A stretch of DNA of 64,000 nt, taken from the NCBI RefSeq assembly GCF_001194135.2, contig NC_068988.1, positions 93,806,842-93,870,841 of the forward strand, read 5' to 3'. How positions within the stretch are numbered: the stretch's first letter is position 1; every line of letters starts with the position of its first letter. Origin of the DNA: Octopus bimaculoides (taxonomy: Eukaryota). The position numbers and the translations under genes were made by a program. This document shows, piece by piece, positions 49,270-60,959 of this stretch. Under the pieces are notes generated by a model. It saw only the letters and a list, made by a program, of their open reading frames with translations. It was not told the origin of the DNA and ran no database searches.

Positions 49270-52004
49270 CTCCCCTCACCATCTTCCTACAGTTTGTTTT
49301 TAAATCAGTGAAATGTGTGAATGTATTTGCTAAACGATGCTAGAGGGCAGCACTGGACAAACTGTAGCAGTTCTCTAAGTACTTACCACACACAAGTTAT
49401 ATAATATTGAGTGTGTGTTTGCAGGAATCAAGACAAGGATCTATCAATGCAATTATTGTTAGTCCTTGACTGAATGGATGGATATAGAACACCCAGCCAT
49501 TCCCCATCGAAAAAAACCCAGAACCAAAAGCAATGCAAACTCATTGTATTAAATGATGATGATGATGATGATGATAATAATAATAATGATAACAACAACA
49601 AATAAATAACAAACCGAGCAAAAATTTGCCATTGGCAAAAAAAGATTCATTCAGAAATCTTCACTTAAAAGTTTTCTATGAAGAAAATTAAAGACCAGGA
49701 CTTGACTAGCAAATAACTATTAACAATGGCCCTGCCACTTCTTCTTTTTCTTCTCCCTCCTCCGACCCCCTTCCTTCTTCTTCTTCTTCAAATAATGTGA
49801 ATGAACCACAATAGAATCAGCTTTTGTTTAGCCATTCTTTTTCCTATTTTTTTCTCTCTCTCTCCTTAGATTTTCGCAATGCCTGAAAGCAATACAAGCG
49901 AACTTATCTCCAGTGCAAGACAATAAGTTATTCTCTCTTAGAATGACAAGAGATATCAACTTGAACCTGCACTTACTCACAAGCTTTTCTCTGCCTCCCT
50001 CCTTCCCTCCCCACACCAAACGCTACCAGAGTACTGGGTAGCATTGTAAGTACCCAGGGGCAAGACAGTTGAAATAATGTTTTCTCTGGAGATCAATCTC
50101 TTCCCTTCCACCACACCCTTTCAGGTAATTGTCACCCCCCCCAACCTGGAATACAACTCTAACTGCTGTTGATGGAGATGAGAAATATAACGAGAACATT
50201 GATGATGATGATGGTTGTGGTGATGATGATGATGATGATGCCGGCATTGAAATTGTATCACATATCAGTCTTGTCAACTTCATAATCACAACAAGTCAAA
50301 GCATCAAAGAGGGTCACCCAGGTCAAAGGCTATTGATCAGTGGCCACCTCTACTGAAGGAGATGGGAGCAGTTGAAAACAGAAAGTTTTTGTTTTTAATA
50401 TATTTCAAGAAAAGCAAAAAGTTACTGTTGTTGTTGTTGTTGGAGTGTTAGAAATTAGTAGCATGTGGGACTAAATACCTTGTGGTGTCTGTCTTGTCCA
50501 CTCCTTCCATCAAACTGAAGGTGGTGGAACAAAAGCATGGTGTGCCACATGTCAATTGTCAAAAGTGATCGCAGTGCAACGTGAGATGAAGTGTTTTGCT
50601 CAAGAACACAATGCATCACACAGTCTAGGAATTGAAACCATGATCTCATGATCATGAGTGCAACACCCGAACCACAAGACCATTCGTCCTCACTATATGT
50701 ATATATATATATATATATTGATAGAAAGGACGACAAAAGAAAGAAAGAGACCTCAATATTATCTAAATAGAGGAATTTATCTGTACACATATTTTTACAG
50801 GTATATATATATATATATATGTAATTGGTACTTAATTTATCGACCCCAAAAGGATGAAAGGTAAAGTCGACCTTGGTGGAATTTGAACTCAAAACGTAAA
50901 GACAAATGAAGTACCACTAAGCATTTTGTCCAGCATGCTAACATTTCTGCCAGCTCGCCTATATATATAGGAAAATGAAAAATAATAATAATAAGGCAGA
51001 ATGCTAAACTGGAAGCATATTTTAATAAAGATTTCTCTAACCNNNNNNNNNNNNNNNNNNNNNNNNNNNNNNNNNNNNNNNNNNNNNNNNNNNNNNNNNN
51101 NNNNNNNNNNNNNNNNNNNNNNNNNNNNNNNNNNNNNNNNNNNNNNNNNNNNNNNNNNNNNNNNNNNNNNNNNNNNNNNNNNNNNNNNNNNNNNNNNNNN
51201 NNNNNNNNNNNNNNNNNNNNNNNNNNNNNNNNNNNNNNNNNNNNNNNNNNNNNNNNNNNNNNNNNNNNNNNNNNNNNNNNNNNNNNNNNNNNNNNNNNNN
51301 NNNNNNNNNNNNNNNNNNNNNNNNNNNNNNNNNNNNNNNNNNNNNNNNNNNNNNNNNNNNNNNNNNNNNNNNNNNNNNNNNNNNNNNNNNNNNNNNNNNN
51401 NNNNNNNNNNNNNNNNNNNNNNNNNNNNNNNNNNNNNNNNNNNNNNNNNNNNNNNNNNNNNNNNNNNNNNNNNNNNNNNNNNNNNNNNNNNNNNNNNNNN
51501 NNNNNNNNNNNNNNNNNNNNNNNNNNNNNNNNNNNNNNNNNNNNNNNNNNNNNNNNNNNNNNNNNNNNNNNNNNNNNNNNNNNNNNNNNNNNNNNNNNNN
51601 NNNNNNNNNNNNNNNNNNNNNNNNNNNNNNNNNNNNNNNNNNNNNNNNNNNNNNNNNNNNNNNNNNNNNNNNNNNNNNNNNNNNNNNNNNNNNNNNNNNN
51701 NNNNNNNNNNNNNNNNNNNNNNNNNNNNNNNNNNNNNNNNNNNNNNNNNNNNNNNNNNNNNNNNNNNNNNNNNNNNNNNNNNNNNNNNNNNNNNNNNNNN
51801 NNNNNNNNNNNNNNNNNNNNNNNNNNNNNNNNNNNNNNNNNNNNNNNNNNNNNNNNNNNNNNNNNNNNNNNNNNNNNNNNNNNNNNNNNNNNNNNNNNNN
51901 NTATTAAAATATGCTTCCAGTTTAGCATTCTGCCTTATTATTATTATTTTTCATTTTCCTATTATTTCTCCACGTGCGGTTAACACAACCCCACTATTTA
52001 CTGA

Positions 52005-52061
<57 letters not shown>

Positions 52062-52184
52062 ATATATCATTAATATTTGACAGACGTTAGAGTGATTCAA
52101 AGGTCAAAAGCTTCATGCATTGATATTCATCAAACTGGTTTCATTCCAAGCATCATTACCTTTTACATCATCCTTCTTATTTAA

Positions 52185-52406
52185 CCCTTTTGATACCAAC
52201 CAGGCTGAAACCGCCTCTGGCTCTGTAGTACAAATATCTTGTTTCCAAAAGTTCTGAATTAAAATCTTCCACCAAACCTTAGTCACAATTTGTGTTCCTA
52301 ATACTAGCTTAATGAGAATTAAGTTATTTTACTAAATTCTTTGTTATATTCAAAATTAATTGAAAGAAACACAGAGCATCTCAACAGAAATATGGTAACA
52401 AAAAGT
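52185..52406. mobile_element. TTAA-flanked MITE, copy 3
   Basis: TTAA|CCCTTTTGATACC ... GGTAACAAAAAGT|TTAA. Body homologous to 25322-25519. Confidence 0.7.
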
Positions 52407-52524
52407 TTAAATATAGTAATAAGATAACATCTTAATACTTTCTGTATTAAATATGGTAACACTGTTTACTCATTATGCTAGACATAGTAACTTAATTTCC
52501 TGCAAATTACACATCCCCATCTAA

Positions 52525-52665
52525 GAGTACATTATTTACATTTGATAGTTATTTGTCCTCATTTTGTTTGTTGTTAACACGTTTCGGTTGAGATACCCTC
52601 CAGCCTTCATCAGGTGTCTTAGAGAAATTTCAAACCTGGGTTTTCATTCTTAAGGTATTTTTCGA

Positions 52666-52701
<36 letters not shown>

Positions 52702-52932
52702 AGTCACTGCCTGGAATTGAACTCGGAATCTTGGGGTTAGTACCCTGCACTCTTAAACACTACGCCATAAGCCTTAGTAATGAGAACCCAGGTTTGAAAT
52801 TTCTCCAAGACACCTGATGAAGGCTGGAGGGTATATCAGCCAAAACGTTGTGTTAACAACAAACAAGATGAGGACAAATATCTGTCAAAATGTAAATAAT
52901 GTACATAATTCCTCATCTCTTAAATACAGAAC
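52525..52932. mobile_element. Head-to-head pair of PLE terminal repeats; the - strand copy begins with a tRNA-like head
   Basis: The - copy runs from 52773 to about 52525: tRNA-like head, (AAT)n, then a terminal repeat with a degenerate hammerhead (52576-52618). The + copy runs from 52772 to about 52932 with a hammerhead carrying G12A (52809-52854). Confidence 0.8.
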
Positions 52933-53289
52933 TGTATCATCTGAGAGAGAGACTCATTAGACAGTGTTGAAGGAAAATTATGCTTGAAAATCAGACAGCA
53001 TGGCCATGGTTTTTTGATGATAATTCTGTTTGATCAGAGCTGACTTCAGTAACATAGCATTGGATAGATGGGGTGTGTAGAGGGAACAGGGTGGCCATTT
53101 TATATATGTGCATTTGCAGTTGTTTAAGGTATGTTCTGATTAAGGAAGTGGGTGGCCACAACCCAGGTTACATCACTGGACGACTTGTAGCCAAACAAAC
53201 AACTGTCACTACAAACATTATGTCATTCCTAAAACAAAATCACGTTTTAAGGATTCAATATTTAATCCATCTTTTGCTTATTAAAGGTG

Positions 53290-53590
53290 ATGATGGTGCA
53301 GATCCGAGACATTCATCTTACTCTGCCTCTAGCTCATTGTATCTCATGGGAGCAGACATGATTGACAAGACCAATAGGAGACAGACAGGTCCTGTGGCAC
53401 TGAGGGCAGTGAAAGTGACCCCGAACAACAACTGCAGGGGGTTGATGACAATATCTCCCCGTCTCTTCATGTAGTCTCCTGCATTCAGTTTCAAAGCTTT
53501 CTATTCCAACATGGCACACAGACCACCTTGGTTTCTGATTAACAGCCAGGGGCTTCAATCGACCGGGAAGGGGAGGGACCACAGTTCCAT
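53290..53590 (-). mobile_element. 3' end of a LINE ORF2 with a C-terminal zinc-finger-like motif (RTE-like)
   Basis: PRWSVCHVGIESFETECRRLHEE...FHCPQCHRTCLSPIGLVNHVCSH matches the C-x2-C-x-R-x-C-x-S-x-IGL-x-x-H-x-x-x-H tail of RTE-type elements. Confidence 0.75.
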
Positions 53591-54955
53591 AAAACTACTT
53601 ATAACAACAACACTATTATTTACTCGTTTCCCTAAATGTAAGCAATCACATGAAACTACATTCTGTTATCTTTGCTACAGACAGAGTACATTTGGAACAA
53701 GGTAAACAGTGCAGTTGGAACAAGGTAAATAGAATGAAAAAAAAATTTTTTTTAAAACCATTACAAATTTTTTTTTTTTACTTTGCATTCGTTTTTAGAT
53801 ATTTTATAAAAAACAAAACAATAACAGGACAAATACAAGTAAAAACTCTTTTCTTTTTTTCTTTAAATCTATGTAAAAAAAATGTTTTCCCAATATTAAC
53901 TGGACAAATGCCATACACAGATATCCTTTTAATCTAAAAACTTCTCCATACCCACCCAGAATAATGANNNNNNNNNNNNNNNNNNNNNNNNNNNNNNNNN
54001 NNNNNNNNNNNNNNNNNNNNNNNNNNNNNNNNNNNNNNNNNNNNNNNNNNNNNNNNNNNNNNNNNNNNNNNNNNNNNNNNNNNNNNNNNNNNNNNNNNNN
54101 NNNNNNNNNNNNNNNNNNNNNNNNNNNNNNNNNNNNNNNNNNNNNNNNNNNNNNNNNNNNNNNNNNNNNNNNNNNNNNNNNNNNNNNNNNNNNNNNNNNN
54201 NNNNNNNNNNNNNNNNNNNNNNNNNNNNNNNNNNNNNNNNNNNNNNNNNNNNNNNNNNNNNNNNNNNNNNNNNNNNNNNNNNNNNNNNNNNNNNNNNNNN
54301 NNNNNNNNNNNNNNNNNNNNNNNNNNNNNNNNNNNNNNNNNNNNNNNNNNNNNNNNNNNNNNNNNNNNNNNNNNNNNNNNNNNNNNNNNNNNNNNNNNNN
54401 NNNNNNNNNNNNNNNNNNNNNNNNNNNNNNNNNNNNNNNNNNNNNNNNNNNNNNNNNNNNNNNNNNNNNNNNNNNNNNNNNNNNNNNNNNNNNNNNNNNN
54501 NNNNNNNNNNNNNNNNNNNNNNNNNNNNNNNNNNAAATGTAACTTCATGGTAATGCACAATATTCTACAATGACAGACAGAAGTGTGCAAGTCATTTCTT
54601 ATTCCTTCTCAACCACACGACAATACCAATATGAGTAAATTCCATGAAATATTTCTCTGGCGAGACTATACACTCACACACACACACATACAAACATGCA
54701 TATGTATGTATTTGTGTGTATGTGCGTACGTGTACATGTGTGTGTGTGAGTGTATAAGATATTGGAGTTTTTAAAAATGGGAATTAGTCATGGAAATGAT
54801 GAAAAACAACAACAGCGATATGTATGTATGTGCACGCATACACACACACACACACACACACACACNNNNNNNNNNCACACACACATACAAACATATATAT
54901 TTACATACATGTATGTATGTATGTGCATACACACATGATTGCACATACATATATC

Positions 54956-54993
<38 letters not shown>

Positions 54994-55739
54994 AATACAG
55001 CCCTGCTACACACGCACACAGAAACAACGCAACTAAATGTGAAAAACATGAAAAAGTGAACAAAGGAAAGAAGCTCTGTTATTTTTCTTTCTTTCTAAAT
55101 TCTATTTTAAGAGATTTGAATTAAAGTGAAATTAGATGGGAAATAGAAATGTAACTTCATGGTAATGCACAATATTCTACAATGACAGACAGAAGTGTGC
55201 AAGTCATTTCTTATTCCTTCTCAACCACACGACAATACCAATATGAGTAAATTCCATGAAATATTTCTCTGGCGAGACTATACACTCACACACACACACA
55301 TACAAACATGCATATGTATGTATTTGTGTGTATGTGCGTACGTGTACATGTGTGTGTGTGAGTGTATAAGNNNNNNNNNNNNNNNNNNNNNNNNNNNNNN
55401 NNNNNNNNNNNNNNNNNNNNNNNNNNNNNNNNNNNNNNNNNNNNNNNNNNNNNNNNNNNNNNNNNNNNNNNNNNNNNNNNNNNNNNNNNNNNNNNNNNNN
55501 NNNNNNNNNNNNNNNNNNNNNNNNNNNNNNNNNNNNNNNNNNNNNNNNNNNNNNNNNNNNNNNNNNNNNNNNNNNNNNNNNNNNNNNNNNNNNNNNNNNN
55601 NNNNNNNNNNNNNNNNNNNNNNNNNNNNNNNNNNNNNNNNNNNNNNNNNNNNNNNNNNNNNNNNNNNNNNNNNNNNNNNNNNNNNNNNNNNNNNNNNNNN
55701 NNNNNNNNNNNNNNNNNNNNNNNNNNNNNNNNNNNNNNN

Positions 55740-55773
<34 letters not shown>

Positions 55774-55826
55774 CCATCATATAATTATATACACACACAC
55801 GCACAAATATAAGTGCATTTGTATTC

Positions 55827-55879
<53 letters not shown>

Positions 55880-56937
55880 AGTCTCCCTCAGGATACAGGG
55901 AAGTCATTTAGCATGATTTCACTTTATCACAGTTTTGATTTTGGTCAATTTCTTTTATTTTTACATCAACAGAAACGTTACCTGGTCATTTTGGTTTCGA
56001 TTTTTCACCTCCCTTTCATTCCATTTCTTTGATGGAAGGCGGGGGTGGTAGTGGGCTGGGTGTGGGGGTCGAGGGTGGTAGTGCTGGTGTTTGACCATTC
56101 TCAGAACTAAGGCTTAACTTAAAATTATTCTTGTTTCAGTATTTTGGGATCATATGATTATATTTTGTAGGGTTTTGAAAGTAAAGTTTTGGGAAAAAAG
56201 CTACAGTTGTATGTGAAGAAAAAAACAAAAAAACAAAAAAAAACAACTCTTGAACAAAAATTGAATCCAATTCTTTAAAAATTCTTAAATATTGTTTTGA
56301 TTATCATATATTGTTCATGGCTGAGTGGTAAGAATTTGCTTCTCAACCACATGGTTCTGGGTTCTGTCCCAGCGTGTACATCTTGGGCAAGTGTCTCATG
56401 CCAAGCAAAGCCTTGTGAGTGGATTTGGTAGATGGAAACTGAAAGAGGCCCATTGTTTGTATACATATGAATAGGTGTGTCTTTGTGTCTGTGCTTGTCC
56501 CCGCTCCAGTGCTAGACAACCGGTGTGGGTTTGTTTATGTTTGTGTAGCTTAGTGGTACGACAAAAGACACTGATAGAACAAGTTGAGACCCCCTTCAGT
56601 CATGACTGACCATGGGATTGCACCTAGAAAGTCACCCTCCAAGGCACAAGTCCGGGCAAGGTTGTTTATGGAAGACCAGCAGTCGTCCATGCATACCAGC
56701 CTCCCCTCTCCATGCCACCAGCGTTATCCAAGAGAGAGGCAAAGGGGCCGATACAGCTTGGCACCAGTGATGTCGCAACTCATTTCTACAGCTGAGTGAA
56801 CTGGAGCAATGTGAAATAGTGTCTTACTCAAGAACACAACACGCAGCCCGGTCCTGGATTCGAACTCACAACCCCGCGATTGTAAGCTCGATGCTCTAAC
56901 CACAGCCATGCACCTTTACAGAATTAAAAAACATCAA

Positions 56938-57002
56938 CCTTGAGAGAAAAGCTGAACATTAGAAGCATCAGTTGTGGCGTGCAAGAGAGACGATTGCGCT
57001 GG
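56938..57002 (+). mobile_element. RTE LINE 3' ORF fragment running into an assembly gap
   Basis: LREKLNIRSISCGVQERRLRW, homologous to 59960-60222. Confidence 0.7.
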
Positions 57003-59959
57003 NNNNNNNNNNNNNNNNNNNNNNNNNNNNNNNNNNNNNNNNNNNNNNNNNNNNNNNNNNNNNNNNNNNNNNNNNNNNNNNNNNNNNNNNNNNNNNNNNN
57101 NNNNNNNNNNNNNNNNNNNNNNNNNNNNNNNNNNNNNNNNNNNNNNNNNNNNNNNNNNNNNNNNNNNNNNNNNNNNNNNNNNNNNNNNNNNNNNNNNNNN
57201 NNNNNNNNNNNNNNNNNNNNNNNNNNNNNNNNNNNNNNNNNNNNNNNNNNNNNNNNNNNNNNNNNNNNNNNNNNNNNNNNNNNNNNNNNNNNNNNNNNNN
57301 NNNNNNNNNNNNNNNNNNNNNNNNNNNNNNNNNNNNNNNNNNNNNNNNNNNNNNNNNNNNNNNNNNNNNNNNNNNNNNNNNNNNNNNNNNNNNNNNNNNN
57401 NNNNNNNNNNNNNNNNNNNNNNNNNNNNNNNNNNNNNNNNNNNNNNNNNNNNNNNNNNNNNNNNNNNNNNNNNNNNNNNNNNNNNNNNNNNNNNNNNNNN
57501 NNNNNNNNNNNNNNNNNNNNNNNNNNNNNNNNNNNNNNNNNNNNNNNNNNNNNNNNNNNNNNNNNNNNNNNNNNNNNNNNNNNNNNNNNNNNNNNNNNNN
57601 NNNNNNNNNNNNNNNNNNNNNNNNNNNNNNNNNNNNNNNNNNNNNNNNNNNNNNNNNNNNNNNNNNNNNNNNNNNNNNNNNNNNNNNNNNNNNNNNNNNN
57701 NNNNNNNNNNNCCCCTCCTGATACCAATTTCCTCTCTTGCTAACCAGAATCATCTTACTTATTAATGATTCTTCATCCATTCATATTGTTCTCCCCACCC
57801 ATATGTTACAGTGCTCCCCTACCGCCCCATACAATCCCTGGACCACCAAATTCTCTCACCTCATGCCCTTCACCTGTTTATCTCTAATCCACTCCTGCAG
57901 CCTATCCAAACATGCCCTCTATTTTCTCCCCACCCCTGTCAACGCCATCATCATTACTACTACCCAACTGCTAGCATCCCTGTAGCCACCCCAACTTTCC
58001 ATCACCCTCCCCCTCAACCCTTACTAAAACTTTACAGATGTTCCCCATCTGCCTCACCTACTTTCCTTACCTCTTCCTTCATACACCCTGGCACTTCCTC
58101 TACACACTACTGTTCCTGCTACCTGAGGTACCACCTGGACACCTCATCACCAATGTCTATCTCCTTGGAGATAACTATCACACTTTCTCTCTCTCTCTCT
58201 TTCTCTCCTGAATGTGAGTATCCAGGTAACACCTCTACAAGAACCTGCCCTACCCCAACCTATTCCCCCAAACCTTAACCCCCATCTAACATACAGAAAT
58301 ATCTCTGCTTTCCCAAGGATTGCTGATGTGTGACCAACATGGAGACCTCAATGGTGTCATTGGTGCAAAATAAGCACCTCGTACACACTGTAGTGGTTGG
58401 CATTAGGAAGGGCATCCAAACCATGGTTGGAGGGAGCACAGGTAGAGGTGCGGGGTATTAGGAGAATCATTGTTGTGGGGAAGAAGAATAAGTCACAGCA
58501 TCCTCAGGGTCTTTTAGAACTATTTCATTTAACAGTTGACACAAGTTATGCCATAAAATGGTTTTTATGTTTTACTGTAAAACTTAACCTAAATCTAAAT
58601 GGTAGAAAAATGTGGAAAATGGAAGGGAAAAGTCACATATCTGTACTGACCCCTTCTATCTTCTCAAACAATTGGTAGAGAAGACAGGGAGAATGAAAGA
58701 TAAAGGAAATGATACAACAGTTATATGAAAGAGGGAATTATGAGTCTCTAGAACAATGTAGGATAAGACAATAATATAAAAAAATAATATGTAGCGAAGA
58801 AATATATAAAATTTGGGGGAGAGAATTAGAGAATTTTATGAGAAAATGTGCTAGAAAGATAGGATGTTGAACAAAGAGGATGATAGAGTTAACATAAATA
58901 GATAGACTAACAGACAGGCAAACAGAAATAAAATGGAATGTCAGTTAGAAAAAAGAAAAACAAACCTTATTTCTCTGCTATCCATCTGAATACTTCAACT
59001 AAAAGTGAAGAGATGATGATGAAGATATATCAGAGACACCATATAATCTTTTATCTCTCCATGAACTTCATAAACAACTGTCTTATTTTGTTAGTTTCCC
59101 TTTATCAATGGAGGCACGGTTCATCTCCTCACCACCCCCACAACCAATGAGGTAGAATGGATTTTATCAGATAACAGATTCCAAAATCAACCTATCACCT
59201 CTTCAATGATGGTTTTCCGTCAATTCAATTTGTATATTTTCCCCTTTTTCTGATACCTTTACCACCACACCTTTCACTGAAAACAAATTGTCAACTTGTC
59301 ATAACCTTTACACAGCCAAACATATTTTCAGGTTCTACACACATACACACACACGCATGCATGCACACATTCCATTCCTTTAGTAAAAATTATGGTAGCC
59401 ATCACACTTCATTCACACTCACTCCATTCATCTGAGTAACAAACACATACACATGCGCACACACATACACACATATATATTGAACAACATTGAGAAACAC
59501 AAACCTGATCAAAGTAAAATATGTTGACAATGCAGACATACATGTCAGTAACACAGCACAGTATAACATAAACATGCAGATAACACACACACACAATCAT
59601 CTCAATGTGCAGCAAGTGCACAGAATACATACACCTCGAAAGCATAAACATCAGGTCCAGATCAAGACCCATTGAGGCCCTAAGCGCTTAAAAGATTTTG
59701 GTGCCCCCTCCTATATATATATATATATATGTATATGTCATTAACTACTTGAAATACGATGTAGAAAAACAGCTGACAACTGATGAAGGGTCATTTTTTT
59801 AATGTCACTTGTCTTGTTTTCCATTTGTTTCTTTCCTTGTTCATAAAAAAAAGTTTGTATTCCATGTTGTTTACGTTGTGCCCATATATGCATGTGTATG
59901 TACATATATATGTATGTATGCATATATATTTATATATTATTTATATTATTATATGTGTA

Positions 59960-60222
59960 ATGCCAGTGTGCATATTCGGCTGAGTGTAAGTGCTTTGAGA
60001 GAAAAGTTGGTCCTAAGAAGCATCAGATGTTGTGTGCAAGAGTGGCAACTGCGCTGGTATGGTCATGTGGTACGAATGGATGAGGACAGCTGTGTGAAAT
60101 AGTGTCAAACCCTAGCGGTTGATGGAAACTGTGGAAGACGTAGACCCAGGAAGACCTGGGATGAGGTGGTGAAGCACGACCTTTGAACATTAGGCCTCAC
60201 CGAGGCAATGACTAGTGACAAA
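59960..60222 (+). mobile_element. RTE LINE ORF2 3' fragment
   Basis: LREKLVLRSIRCCVQEWQLRWYGHVVRMDEDSCVK*...GRRRPRKTWDEVVKHDL*TLGL carries the RLRWYGHV-x-RM and RGRPR-x-TW motifs. Confidence 0.85.
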
Positions 60223-60356
60223 GACTAGAAAGGATGTAAGGCAAAGTCGACCTCGGTGGAATTTGAACTCAGAACATAAAGACAGACGAAATACCATGAA
60301 GCATTTTGCCCAGCGTGCTAATGTTTCCCTGCATATTGTGTTTGTTTGTGTGTGTG

Positions 60357-60395
<39 letters not shown>

Positions 60396-60914
60396 GTAAG
60401 TATATACACATACTTGCATGCACGTTTATAGAAAATGGCTGGGAAAGTTTAGAAATTCTATAGAAAAGTCAGAGCCAACCGAAATTGTCACAAGTAGAAC
60501 TGAAAAGGGGAGAGAAGGGTCTAAGACCATGTTTAAGAAGAACCTAAAGAAGTATTACAACGTAGCAAATAATGGTTAAAAAAAAAGATAATTTGGTAGA
60601 GAACCCCACCACCACCACCACCGCCACCCCAAAATAAAAAAATGGATAAATAAATGAAAACTAGAGGCAGGGAGGTTTGAATCAATTTAAAACAATGGCA
60701 GGATACAGAGAAAGTGGAACAATATAATGTGCAAGGTTAAAGAGAAATTGACCAATATACATATAAATATATATATATATCTGTGTGTGTGTGTGTGCGT
60801 GTATATGTATATATATATGTGTGTGTGCATATATATATATATATCTATATCTATCTATCTATCTATCTATATATATATATATATATAATTATGTATATAT
60901 ATGTGTGTATGTGT

Positions 60915-60959
<45 letters not shown>

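Noticed and set aside
50965-51965. About 62-bp inverted repeat on either side of the 51043-51901 gap
   Set aside because: It is near-identical and directly gap-flanking, so most likely a scaffolding or contig-end artefact; long reads are needed.
54536-55370. Identical duplication of about 230 bp (54536-54770 versus 55146-55370)
   Set aside because: Both copies abut N-gaps and are identical, which is typical of redundant contig ends rather than a real tandem duplication.
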